A model generated the notes under the pieces. The model was not told the origin of the DNA. It saw only the letters and a program-made list of their open reading frames with translations, and did no database searches. A stretch of DNA of 63,954 bases, counting the filler, from Elsinoe ampelina (taxonomy: Eukaryota), in NCBI GenBank assembly GCA_010093995.1. It is 17 parts of 17 records of this genome, joined end to end, with 100 filler letters (N's around TTAATTAATTAA, not from the genome) between each part and the next. Parts side by side here need not be neighbours in the genome. Positions count along the whole stretch, not along the records: positions 35,437 to 39,348 come from ML992604.1; positions 39,449 to 43,003 come from ML992606.1; positions 43,104 to 46,409 come from ML992608.1; positions 46,510 to 49,809 come from ML992609.1; 13 more parts are not named here. One strand, 5' to 3'. The position numbers and the translations under genes are program-made. Position 1 is the first letter of the stretch. Each line of letters opens with the position of its first letter. Below, in pieces: positions 37,790 to 49,909 of the stretch.

Positions 37790-38700
37790 GTAAGCGCTAC
37801 GCTTACGCTACTATTAAGAGTATTAACCTAAACTTCGTACTCTATTATACTCTATATAAGGCCTTATTATAGGTATAGTACTAGGGACGTATACCTAGCT
37901 TATATACGCCTACTTATTCTTATTACTATTCTTGTTTACCTCCGTACTAAAATCCTCCCCTACGGGTGCTATAGGGGCTATAAGCTACCTACCGGCTATA
38001 ATATAGTTAACTTCGGTAGTAGAACTACTAGAGTTACGTACTATCTAAACCTATTAGCTATATTTATAACGTATAAGGAGCATAGTCTAACTTACCTCCT
38101 TACCGACAGTAATTAAGCTATAAAGGCTATACCTAATCTTCTATAGCTTCTTAACCTTCTTACGCTTAAGCGTAACACTACTAAGCGAGCTACCTATAGG
38201 CTCTATATAAGAAGTCGAGACCTTACCGACGACCTTATTCTTATTAGTGTAGTATACCTTAAGTATAGTCTTAAACTTCTTAACCTTAGGGACGTTCTTA
38301 TAGGCTATAGTACGTATATACTTCTTAGCTATAGTAATGCCGGCCTAGTTAGGGGCCTTAAGCTTAGTAACTATATTAAAGGCGTTAATATATATATTAC
38401 GTAGAATAGATAGAAGCGGCTTATATATGTACTTAGGCGTAGTATTCGTACTTATAATAGAAGAAGATACTAAAGTTACCTCTAGTATAGATATAACCTA
38501 CTATAAATTAGTTATGTCTCTTATAAGAGCTCTATTAGCTTACCCTTAGTAACGCTATTAGTATACCTAGTATAGGTGTTAGTCTCCTCTTTAGAAAGTA
38601 AAGGAGTTATAGAGTCGGCGCTAGTAGTAATAGCTCTCTAGGCGCTAGTAGACCTTACGCTACGAGTATTAGCTATAGGGGAGCTAGAGTTAAATAATAT
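37790..38700 (-). pseudogene. Antisense, intron-containing accessory gene of G2 with a Zn2Cys6-like motif (RIP'd); 3' end approximate
   Basis: ATA (ex-ATG) at 38700 is in frame with TAT-ACT-AGG-TAT at 38574. Intron-like GTAAGC..CTAAT..TAG at 38543-38501 and GTAAGT..GCTAAT..TAG at 38095-38045. A second copy lies on the + strand at ~56540-57450. Confidence 0.55.
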
Positions 38701-39114
38701 AATAGTCGTAGGTAGTATACTTATATAGTAAGGAGTTAATAAAATATAGATATATTTTAGGTAGAAAAGAAGAATATAAGGAGAAACGATAAAATTATAT
38801 AGACTAACCTCTAGTACACTATATCTTTATTATAGCTACTAGCGTAAGGTATATATCTTCTATAATACTACTAGGAATTCTAAGAAAAGTAATATTATTA
38901 CTACCGATTAGCTTTAGCGCTATAGCGACTAGATAAACGCTCCCCTAGGAACTAGGTTTCTAGGACTACTACTATTAGACATTATATAAGACATATATAA
39001 GACCTTTATAAAAATGCCTTAACTACCTTACGTCTATATTACTTCTAAATAATACTATACGTTATATACTTCTAGTCGAGAGCTAAGAATAGCTCTTCTA
39101 GAGGAGAAGGCAAT

Positions 39115-39301
39115 TATAAGAGCTTAGTATTAGAGCGGCACTTAGTAGCGGCTAGTCCCGCTTACGTAACATACTTAAATATCCTATGTAGCGCTTATAC
39201 CTAGGGCTTAATAGTAATTAGTTCTACTACTAATAGACTATTTAGTTAGATAGGCGTTCTCTATATTACGATATATATAGCTTTAATATAAGGCTTTAAC
39301 A
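39115..39301 (+). repeat. G2 3' LTR, 187 bp
   Basis: TATAAG...CTTTAACA. Matches the 187-bp 5' LTR at 46743-46929 (minus strand). Confidence 0.88.
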
Positions 39302-39448
39302 CTATATTAGACTTATAAGCTATTAAATGCTTAGTAGATTATATTAAGNNNNNNNNNNNNNNNNNNNNNNNNNNNNNNNNNNNNNNNNNNNNTTAATTAA
39401 TTAANNNNNNNNNNNNNNNNNNNNNNNNNNNNNNNNNNNNNNNNNNNN

Positions 39449-41871
39449 TCTAGATTCTAGCCTTTTAATTAGCTATAGTAGCTCCTACTTAATAACTATT
39501 AGTAAAAACTCTTCTTTATATATAACTTAGCTATACTTATAGTTAATAGTAGCCCTATTAGCCTTAAGCTAGCTAAGGCCGAGAATAATATTAAATTAGC
39601 TAATATCTATAATATAGAAGGTAGTAAAGTTATTTAGCTTACTAGAAATAGTAGTAGTAAGAGAAATACTATATATAACTTACTCTATTAGAATACTGTT
39701 ATAGGCTTAAAGCTAAATAGAGCTAGCTAATACTATAAGGTAGCTAAAGCTCTTTAGCTTATTAAGGACGTTATAATTAACTATAGCGCTAATAAGCGCG
39801 CTAGTATTAATAAAGGCTTAGAGTATAATAGTACGCGAGCGATTATAAGGGTCGTAAATAGTAATAGGAGTTATAATAGTAGGGATATAGTAGCTAATAA
39901 CACTATTTAGTAACTATATACCTCTAGATCTATCTCGAATTACTCTTCTTCTACTAGAGAATAGAACTTATTCTCTAGCTACTTATTTCTCTAGCTAGAG
40001 AGACTAGTAGACTTATAGTCTATCTTAGGGTCGAACTAAGGCTAAACTAGATCTAGTTCGTAATTCGAACTAGTATTAACTTAGTTACTTAGCTCGGCTA
40101 AATAATTCTATAACTACTATATCTCCTCTATAGCGCTAATATATATAGAGTATATAGTAGCGTAAGCGGCCTTCTCTAAGGCGCTAGCTATATACTTAGT
40201 AGAGATATAGCTAGGTTTACTATATACGTAATAGGTAAGTATCTAAGTTAGATAGAAGAGTTATAGAGTACCTCTAGTAATAGAGCGAAAAGTAGCTAGA
40301 GTAGTAGGTATAGAGGTAGAATAAGGCGCGCGAGTTAGTATAGTAGTAGCGTAGCTTATAGCTAGGCTAGAGCGTAAGGCCTAAGTATATTTAGTAATAA
40401 GGTTACTCTACTAAATGTTACAATTAGTAGCGTAGACCTTTATAATAAAGGCAGAGAGGTTATTAGTATTAAAATTAATAAGAGCGATATATAGCTTATT
40501 AGATATCTTCTAGCGTAACTAGTAGAGCTATTTATTCTTAGCTATCTTAGTATAAAGAGTATACTTATTAAACTTACTAATAAAGGAGTTAAAAGAGGTA
40601 TTACGCTAGAAGAGGCTAGCGAACTAAGTATATATAGTAGCCTTATAGTTAGGATCCTCGAAGCGCTAGGCTAAGATACTAAGAGTAGCTCTAATATTAA
40701 GAGTATTATTACTAGCGGAATCTATAATAAGGGTATATACTTCGCTAGAGAGACGTAAGTAGAGGTAGGTAAACTAAGTAGCCTTAGTAGAGAAGTAGTT
40801 AGCGTTAGTACGTATCTTATTCTTTATCTAATACTTAAAGACCTTAAACTATTCTAGAGTACTACTAGAGAAGGTAGAGAGGTCTAGTATCTTTTCTAAT
40901 AATATAACGCTACGAGTAGAGAGGGCTAGTATAGCGTATTCTATCTTAGCTCTTAGCTAGGCTAGTTTAGCCTTAAGTTTACTAATATTAGAGAGGTAGC
41001 GTATAGCTTAGGTAGTAAGGTTATTAGTAGTATTATTAGCCGTATCTAGTTTAAGTAGAGTATTATCTAACTAGTTACGTAGGATAAGAGCGTTAGAACG
41101 CGCTAAGTTATATATAGTAACTTATTTATTATAGGTAGACTCGATAAAGGCGAAGGCTTTATATAGAGTAATTATTCTATCTATCTCTTATAGCCTCTTC
41201 TTAAAGTTAGCGTCGGTAAGGTAGATAAAGTTATAATAGGCTAACTAAACTAGCTTATTATTATTATTAATAGAAGGTAGAGAGATCTTACTTACGTAGT
41301 AGTCGTTACTATTACTAGAGTTAGAGTAAGCTATACTTAGTAAGGTTAGTTATAAATAGAACAGTATAAAAGTTAATACGTAATAAAGAGAATATTAAAA
41401 ATTTTTAGCTAATAGCCTACTTTCTTTAAGAGTCGTCTATAACTCGACTTATTATCTTCTTCTTATATCTTTATAGTTTATAGTATTAACCTATATAGTA
41501 GTAGTAAGGATCTATTATAGTATATATAGGAACTATAGTTATAATAGCTTCTTCTTTAATTCTTTAATTCTTTATATAGGTATTATTAATAGTTACGTAA
41601 GTAGTAGAATAACTAGATAATTTAATAGCTCTATTACTTAGTCGTAGTTATTTAAAGTCTCGATATAGTAATTACGACTAGTAAGATAAAGAGGTTAATT
41701 ACGTCTATTTATTAAAATATTAAGACTTAAAAGAAGAAGAGAAAGGCTAGTATATAAAGTACACGTAATATCGAGGGTAAAGTAGCTAGAAGCCTAGGCT
41801 ATAATACTAAGATTACGTAACTAATCTAAACTAGATCCTAGCTAAATCTAGTTCGTATCTATCTCGTATTA
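39449..41871 (-). mobile_element. RIP'd Gypsy G1 copy (5' LTR, gag, PR)
   Basis: Colinear with ~32850-35268. The first 339 bp read identical to 49471-49809. Confidence 0.92.
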
Positions 41872-42657
41872 TAATCGATCTACCTTAGTAGCTAAACTAG
41901 ATTAATACCTAATTCGCTAGCTAGTAGAGATAAGCTACCTATCTTAGCTAGCGAAATAGCTATTTAGCTAAGCTACGAGATAGGTAGCTTATCTAGTTTA
42001 GCTACCGAGATAGGCACTAATATTACCTATATTAATCTACCCTAGCTCTTTTAAGTATCTTAGCGTAGTACTAGCGCTTAAAGAGACTTATCTAGTATTA
42101 AATCTAGTAAAGGAGGCCTTTATTAAAGGCCTAGATATCCTTCTATCTATCTACGTAAATATCTCTTACTCTATTAAGATTATAGTTCTCCTTTTTTAGC
42201 TTAAATTCGACCTAAGATAATAGCTTAATATTGCCTCTAAAGCTTTCTTTACTCTTTAACTAGTTAAAAAATTTAGTTAATACCTCGTAGGGATCGGCCT
42301 CTAAGGTAATAGATAAGGATCTTATATTAGTAGAAGAAGGCATAGAGCGTATATAAGAGCTTAGAGTAATTATATTAGTAATATTAATATAGTTAATAGG
42401 GGTCGTTAAAGGCGCTAGTAGTACTAGTAGCGCTAGTATTAGTATTAGAGGTATTAGAGGAGCGCTTAAAGAGACGCTTCTTATACTATATAGCTTACTC
42501 CGATTAAGCGATAGAGTAAGGCCTAGAGAGAGTTACTTAAGTAAGGCTCTACTATTATAAATAGTACTAAACTAAGTAAGCTTATCTACTATAAAGACTC
42601 GTTAGTACTTACTAGTTATAGTACGCTAGTAAAGGCCTTAATAGTTAGTATAGCTAC

Positions 42658-43003
42658 TAATACGAGATAGATACGAACTAGATTTAGTTAGGATATAGTT
42701 TAGATTAGTTACGTAATCTTAGTATTATAGCCTAGGCTTCTAGCTGCTTTACTCTCGATATTATATATACTTTATATATTAGTTTTCTTCTTCTTCTTCT
42801 AAGTCTTAATATCTTAATAAATAGACGTAATTAACTTCTTATCTTACTAGTCGTAATTACTATATCGAGACTTTAACTAACTATAATCGAGCGATAGAGC
42901 TATTAAAGTATCTAGTTATTCTACTACTTATATAACTACTAATAACTACTACTTATAAAGAACTAAAGAATTAAAGAAGAAGCTATTATAACTATAGTTC
43001 CTA
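42658..43003 (+). mobile_element. Gypsy G1 5' LTR and leader, truncated by the gap
   Basis: Matches 23698-~24042. Confidence 0.9.
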
Positions 43004-43103
43004 NNNNNNNNNNNNNNNNNNNNNNNNNNNNNNNNNNNNNNNNNNNNTTAATTAATTAANNNNNNNNNNNNNNNNNNNNNNNNNNNNNNNNNNNNNNNNN
43101 NNN

Positions 43104-43415
43104 AGACGCGTAAGCGGAAGAAAAGTGGTAAGCGCGTCGCTATCGAAGGCCGGTTCGTCTTTAGCGAGCAAGAAACGATCGATATCCTTTGTAAGGCCGA
43201 AGAAGAGACGAAGAAGAAGAAGCAAAAAAAGCGTCAAAAGTCACTTACGCCAGAGCCTATACCGGAGGATACGGAAGAAGAGGTGTTTCCGGAGATACTC
43301 ACTGATTCTAAGGACGAGCTAGCTTAGATTAATAGAGTAATTGACTATTCTTGTTCAAAAGTGCCTTTTTACGTGCGCGACTTGTGGGGGTGCGCGACTC
43401 GTGGGTAGGTCACGT
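43104..43415 (+). mobile_element. Fot1/pogo-type transposon copy A: transposase C-terminus and right TIR
   Basis: RKRKKSGKRVAIEGRFVFSEQETIDIL...DSKDELA*. The TIR ends ...GGTCACGT followed by TA (43416-43417). Confidence 0.9.
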
Positions 43416-44283
43416 TACACTTCGAAAACGATATTATAGCTAACAATCACGTCGTTTACGAAACGAAGGACGTTAATTACTATCTTCTGCCGAAGAATAA
43501 GCTCTTATAGCTTATATCCTTTAGCTCGATAGCCTTAGAACACCTGCTACGCTGCGGTTTATTTGTAATCTCGTAACTAAGATAATTCGTCGCTAGTTAT
43601 GTCTATCTAACAATAATTTCCCCTCGTCTCTAACGTAGCTAATTGGCAAGAACTAGCTTTCTCGACTATATAAACGTTATCCGGTGCTAAATTTACTTCG
43701 GACTCGGCAATTAGAATCGTCACGCTATAAAGCTAGAACGTACGAGGCTATTGCGCTGTTCTTCGACGCGTTATCTAGCTTATTCGAACAATATAACTAT
43801 CTACCTTCGGACGTCTATAACCTCGACGAGGTAGGCGCTAGTGTCGGTTTAACTCAATCGACACAAGTAGTTATTAATTCAAAGAATACCCGTCGTCGAA
43901 AGAAGGCTAGGAAACGCGTTGTTAGCCGATAAGAGTAGATATTAATTCTAGAGTGTATACGAGCCTCTAGAGACGCGCTACCCCCTCTTATCATCTACAA
44001 GGCTAAAAACCTTCGAACAAACTGGATTCCGGACCCGTAGCCGGCTAGATGGCGATTTTCAACATCGAATAAAGGCTGGACAAGTGACGCGCACGGTTTT
44101 AAGTGGTTATTAACAGTGTTTAAGCCCGAAACACGTGATATCGACGGCCGTCGACGCCTCCTTGTTCTAGACGGCCATAGCTCGCACGTTATAGCCGCAT
44201 TTGCCCTCTTCTGTTTCGAGTATAATATCGACCTTGTTGTGTTCCCTCCTTACGCATCACACATCCTCCAGCCGCTTGACGTA

Positions 44284-46160
44284 ACGTCGCGCGTCCACGA
44301 GTCGCACACGTCCACGAGTCGCGCACGTAAAATAGTACTTTTGAACAAGAATAGTTAATAACTCTATTAATCTAAGCTAGCTCGTCTCCAGAATCAGACT
44401 CGATAGGCTCTAGCTCCTCCTCTTCCTCAGGCTCTGGTGAATCCTCTGGCGTAAGCGATTTCTTACGCTTTTTACGCTTCTTATTCTTTGTCTCTTCTTC
44501 GGCCTTACGAAGGATATCGATAGTCTCTTGCTTGCTAAAGACGAACCGGCCTCCGACAGTGACGCGCTTGTCACTTTTCTTACGCTTACGCGTCTCGAGA
44601 AGCTGTCGCTGTTGTTTAACTTCTCGTTATAGTAGTGCTAGGGCCGCCGTCGACGATTCAAATTGTGACGTCATTTTCGTGATATATCGCTTGACTAGTG
44701 TTTCGACGTCGACGACGGCCATGCGCGCGTTGAGACTACGGTTAGCCGTACGTAAGCTTGCGCCGGATTGTGGCGACCCTAACCGTAAGACTCTTTAGTC
44801 GAATTGGCCGGTTTCCGTCGGGGTAATTGCCCAATTAGGCGATTTGTCACGTAATTCGTGTGGCAAATTGGCAAGCACTGTAATAGGGCTTATCGGATAG
44901 ACGCCGGAGTGTTCGAAACCAGATTTGATGTTCCTTGCGGTTAGAGCACACTCTCGTACGCGCGCGTAGGATTCGGCCTACTGTACACGGTATATACGGC
45001 CTATATCGAAACGCATTAGATTGTCGATCTCAATCGTAAGAGCTGTCTTTAACGGTGAAAAACAAGACACGTCGAGAGGCTGAAGGATATACGACGCGTA
45101 AGGTAGAAAGATAACAAGGTCAATATCGTGCTCGAAACAGAAGAAGGCGAATGCGGCTGTAACGTGCGAGCTATGGCCGTCTAGAACAAGGAGGCGTCGA
45201 CGGCCGTTAATGTTACGTGTTTCAGGCTCGAAGATAGTCGTAAGCTACTCGTAACTATGTACGTCACTTGTCTAGCCTTTATTCGATATTAAGAATCGCC
45301 ATCCGGCCGGCCACGGGTCTGGAATCCAGCGTGTGTTAAGGTTTTTAGCCTTATATATAATAAGGGGGGGGAGCGCGTCTCTAGAGGCTCGTACACACTC
45401 GAGGATTAATATCTACTCTTGTCGGCTAACAACGCGTTTTCTAGCCTTCTTTCGACGACGGGTATTATCTAAATTGACAATAACTTGTGTCGATTGAGTT
45501 AAACCGACGCTAGCGCCTACCTCGTCGAGGTTATAGACGTCAGAAGGGAGGTAGTTGTGTTTTTCGAACAAGTCAGATAACGCGTTAAAGAACGGCGCGA
45601 TAGCCTCATAGGTTCCAGCTTTAAACCGTAGCGATTCTAGCTGCCGTGACTGACGTAGTTTGATCTCCGGATGACGTTTATAGAATCGACGTATCTATGT
45701 CCTACTAATAGCATGTGTAAGAGACGGGGGAAGTTCGTTATTAGTTACTCGTAACCGATGTTAAATTATCTCGTAAACAAGCTCACGGACGAAGGAGGGT
45801 GTTGCAGGGGTACCGAGGCTATCGAGCTGAAGGATATAGACTACAAGCGTCTGTTCTTCGGCCGGAGATAGTAATCGCTTCGGTAGGTTACGTGTAGTAC
45901 GTGATTGTCGGCCGTGATATCTATCTCGAAGTGTAGACGGTGGAATTTGAAACGCGTCGGCAGCAGCTCGAAGAGAGGTATAAGTATCGTTCTAATAGCC
46001 TCGGAGGGCAGCCTCGATATCGGCTTCAGAATACATAATAGAATAGCTCGAATTATAATGTTTGTCACGTAGGAAGGAAGAATAGTCACGAAGGTTACGC
46101 GTTAGATATATAGGGGCGTGCGCGACTCGTGGACGTGCGCGACTCGTGGACGCGCGACGT
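44284..46160 (-). mobile_element. Complete Fot1/pogo DNA transposon copy C, 1877 bp, 44-bp TIRs, TA TSD
   Basis: TIRs at 44284-44327 and 46117-46160 (ACGTCGCGCGTCCACGAGTCGC..., one mismatch, internal 17-bp direct repeat). TA at 44282-44283 and 46161-46162. Confidence 0.95.
44372..46036 (-). pseudogene. pogo/Fot1 DDE transposase of copy C; 555 codons with RIP-derived stops
   Basis: ATG at 46036 (MYSEADIEAALRGY*NDTYTSLRAAADAFQIPPSTLRDR, HTH_psq-like) to ...DELA-TAG at 44372. Length is divisible by 3. Catalytic motifs NLDE, LDGHSSH and QPLDV are present. Confidence 0.9.
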
Positions 46161-46509
46161 TAGCCTGTTTTTCACCGTTAAAGACGGCTCTTACGAGGGA
46201 GATCGATAATCTGATGCGTCTCGATCCAGGCCGAATACACCGTGTATAGTGGGCCGAATCCTACGCGCGCGCACGAGAGTGTGCTCTAACCGCAAGGAAT
46301 ATCAAATCTGGTTTCGAATACTCCGGCATCTATCCGATAAGCCCTATTACTATGCTTGCTAATTTGCCACACGGATTACGTGATCGACCAGTTACACCGA
46401 CGGAAAGTANNNNNNNNNNNNNNNNNNNNNNNNNNNNNNNNNNNNNNNNNNNNTTAATTAATTAANNNNNNNNNNNNNNNNNNNNNNNNNNNNNNNNNNN
46501 NNNNNNNNN

Positions 46510-46929
46510 TTTACTTAATCTCTTTTTTAAGGCTCTAAGCCTCGAGCTTTAGCTCTAAGCGCTTGTACTTAGAGTATAGGCGTAGTAGCTACTCTATAAG
46601 AGTCTCTTATTCCTCTAGGGGAGTCTACTCGATAGAGTCTATCTCTATAATATTAATTACGTAAGGCGCTAGCGCCTTACTAATAGAGTTCTAGTTATCT
46701 ATAGAGTCTAATAGATTATAACTATAGGGGAGTAATTAGAACTATTAAAGCCTTATATTAAAGCTATATATGTCGTAATATAGAGAACGCCTATCTAACC
46801 GAATAGTCCGTTAGTAGTAGAACTAATTACTATTAAGTCCTAGGCATAAGCGCTATATAGAATATCTAGGTACATTACGTAAGCGAGACTAGCCGCTACT
46901 AAGTGCCGCCCTAATACTATGCCCTTATA
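46510..46929 (-). mobile_element. Gypsy G2 5' LTR (46743-46929) and start of gag, inserted in the G1 integrase
   Basis: The LTR matches 39115-39301. The inner part matches 59712-59860 in reverse. The flank at 46930 is G1 integrase (PWQHITMDFVTGL). Confidence 0.88.
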
Positions 46930-49809
46930 ATATAGTACTACGTTATAGCTATCTACTAAGAGAAGGCTAGTAACGAAGTCTATAGTAATATACTACTAAG
47001 GCCTTTCTAGAATAGGTAATAGTAAGAGGAGGCTAGCTAGTAAGCTATAGTAAGCTTTTAAGCGTTTATAGTTATAGCAATTAGTAATAAACCTCTTTAC
47101 GTTACTATTACACCTAGGGATATAGAAAGTAGACTTAATTATAGTAGCTATCTTAGTAGCTCTAGTATATATATAGTTCTTTAACGTATAAACCTCTTAT
47201 ATAACTTTTATAGCTATAGAGAATAGTACGACTAGTTAGCCGTCGGCCTATAGTATACTCTTCTTAATTATAATATTAGTCGATAGTAACTATTTTCTCT
47301 TTAGGAAGGCTTCTATTATATAGTAGACACTACGGACTAACTTAAAGTTAGAGTCTTATAAGTTAGCCTTAGCTACTTCGTCGAATAATAGTAAAGTTTA
47401 CTCTCCTAAGGCTAAAATAGAAGCTATATAGGTGTCTAGCTTATAAGCCGAGATAGGTAGAGATCTAGTTTATAAACTAAGTTCTAGTTTAGAGGCCGAA
47501 CTAGATAGTAGTATAGGTAGTAAACTAGATAACGAACTAGTTTTTAGTTTAGCTTAAGTCGTAAGTCTAGTTTAAATACGACCTAGATTTAGTTTATTAA
47601 TAATACGCTAATTAAGCATTTTATATAGTAATAGCATCTAGCGTAAGTTAAAGTTCTTCTTCGAGTGTAGTACGTCTCTATTTCTCCTTATAAGAGCGTC
47701 GGCTGTACCGTTAGTAGTACTAGGCCTATATATAATCTTAAAGTTAAACTAAGTAAGGTAGAGAGCCTAGCGTACTTAGTAGCGTAATAGCTTTTATATC
47801 TTTATAAAGTGTATTAAGGACTAGTAGTTAGTAAGGACGTAGATAGCCTTATCTAACTAAGTACTTATTAACTTAGGGGCCTATTCCTTAAAGGCTTAAA
47901 CGATAGCTAGTAGCTTCTTATCGTAGATAGCGTAATTACGCTTAGCTTTACTTATAGACTTACTAAAGAAGGTAATAGGCTAGAGAACGTTAGACTCGTT
48001 ATATTATAATAGAATTCTAGTCGTAGTAGTATTAGAGGCGTTAGTCTTAATAACTATCTACTTTAAGTAGTCGAAGTAAGCGAGGATTAGTATAGTAGTA
48101 ATAGTATACTTTATATAGTTAAACGCGGTAGTATACTTATCGTTCTATAGCGTAGTATCCTTCTTAAGTAGGTTATTTAATAGCTTAGTAATAGTACTAA
48201 ATCCCTTAATAAAGTAGTAATAGTAGCTATAGAAGCTAATAAAGCTTCTTACTTAAGTAGTATTACTAGGGGCCGGTTATTTCTAGGCTTATATAGCTTT
48301 AACCTTCTTTAGATCTATCTTAACTCTATCTTAGCTAACGATAATACTAAGAAACTTTACTTCTATTAGGTAGAACTTACTCTTCTTAATATTAGCGTTT
48401 AGGCCTAAATCGTAGAGACGCTAGAGTACTAGCTTAATATACTTAGTATACTCTTAGTAAGTACTATTAGTATAGATAAGAATATTATCTAAATAGATTA
48501 ATATAAAGCGCTCTAGTATATTAACAAAGTTCTAATTTATAAACCTCTACTATACTATAGAGGCGTTAGTAAGACTAAAAGGTATTACTAGCTACTTAAA
48601 GTTACCTTTATATATAGAGAATATAGTAAGGTCCTTACTATTAATAGAATTATAGAGGTAGTAGAATACCTAGTAGATATTAATCTTACTAAACTACTTA
48701 GCCTTACTTACGCGCGTAAGTATCTCTTTAATAAGGGGTAGCGGATAGATATTCTACTTAGTTACCTTATTAAGGCTATAATAATTAATATAGAGATAGA
48801 GTTCTTCTCCTAGCTTACGAATAAAGAGAATAGGTAAGGAATAGCTAGTAGAGCTTAGTATAATAAAACCTTTATTAAGGTATTTATAGATAAATTACTC
48901 TACTATATTAAGCCTCTCTAGTAATAGGTAGTATAAGAGTTCTATATATAGTAGCTTAGTACTATCTTTAAGTATAATATAGTTATTAAAATCCGGCCGA
49001 TACTAAGGAAGTATATTAGATTATTCCTTAGAGAAGATATTAGTAAACTTCTATAACTCCTCTAGGAGAACTACTATAGAATCTAGTTCTAGCTTAGAGG
49101 CTATCTAGTAGTAGTCTTCGATATTCTTTATAGAGATTATAAATACCTTATTCTTATAGTATCTAGCTACCGAGGTAAAGATAGTAGCGCTAATAAAAGC
49201 GATAGTTAGTCCTTCTTACTTAGTATTACTTATATAGGTAAGTACGTAAGAGAACTTATATATTAGCTAAGTACTATAGGAGACTAGCTTAAACTCTCCC
49301 TAGTTTAGCTTAAAGTTTAATCTAAGAGCTAGTAGTCGATATAGTCTAGTTTATTCTATCTTAGCGGCTAAGCTAGAACTTAGTTTATAAGTTAGACTAG
49401 GACTAGACTAGTTCTAAACTAGAACAGTAGCTTTACCGAGTTAGATTCCTAGATCTAAGCTAGGCTTAGATCTAGATTCTAGCCTTTTAATTAGCTATAG
49501 TAGCTCCTACTTAATAACTATTAGTAAAAACTCTTCTTTATATATAACTTAGCTATACTTATAGTTAATAGTAGCCCTATTAGCCTTAAGCTAGCTAAGG
49601 CCGAGAATAATATTAAATTAGCTAATATCTATAATATAGAAGGTAGTAAAGTTATTTAGCTTACTAGAAATAGTAGTAGTAAGAGAAATACTATATATAA
49701 CTTACTCTATTAGAATACTGTTATAGGCTTAAAGCTAAATAGAGCTAGCTAATACTATAAGGTAGCTAAAGCTCTTTAGCTTATTAAGGACGTTATAATT
49801 AACTATAGC
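46930..49809 (-). mobile_element. RIP'd Gypsy G1 copy: PR, RT, RNase H and integrase N-terminus
   Basis: Colinear with other G1 copies. De-RIP'd TDAS, NYAIYDKKLLAIV and an HHCC region. Confidence 0.92.
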
Positions 49810-49909
49810 NNNNNNNNNNNNNNNNNNNNNNNNNNNNNNNNNNNNNNNNNNNNTTAATTAATTAANNNNNNNNNNNNNNNNNNNNNNNNNNNNNNNNNNN
49901 NNNNNNNNN

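Larger units (their letters stand above)
35437..39301 (+). mobile_element. RIP'd Gypsy G2 copy: RNase H, integrase, chromodomain, ~1.4-kb 3' region, PPT and 3' LTR
   Basis: De-RIP'd NYETHDQELLAIV, GHFGKDKTL, MDFITDLP and chromodomain. Purine tract GAGGAGAAGG lies just before the LTR at 39115. Confidence 0.92.
43416..46409 (+). mobile_element. Fot1/pogo copy B (host): internal transposase sequence 43416-44283 resuming at 46161
   Basis: YNLDEVG, SNKGWTSD and LLVLDGHSSH. ILQPLDV|ACFSPLK is split at TA by copy C. Confidence 0.9.

Noticed and set aside
39302..39307. CTATAT beside the G2 3' LTR matching the flank of the 5' LTR at 46930, as a TSD of one insertion
   Set aside because: The 46930 flank is G1 integrase, but the sequence after 39301 does not continue that reading. 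TA-rich matches arise easily after RIP.
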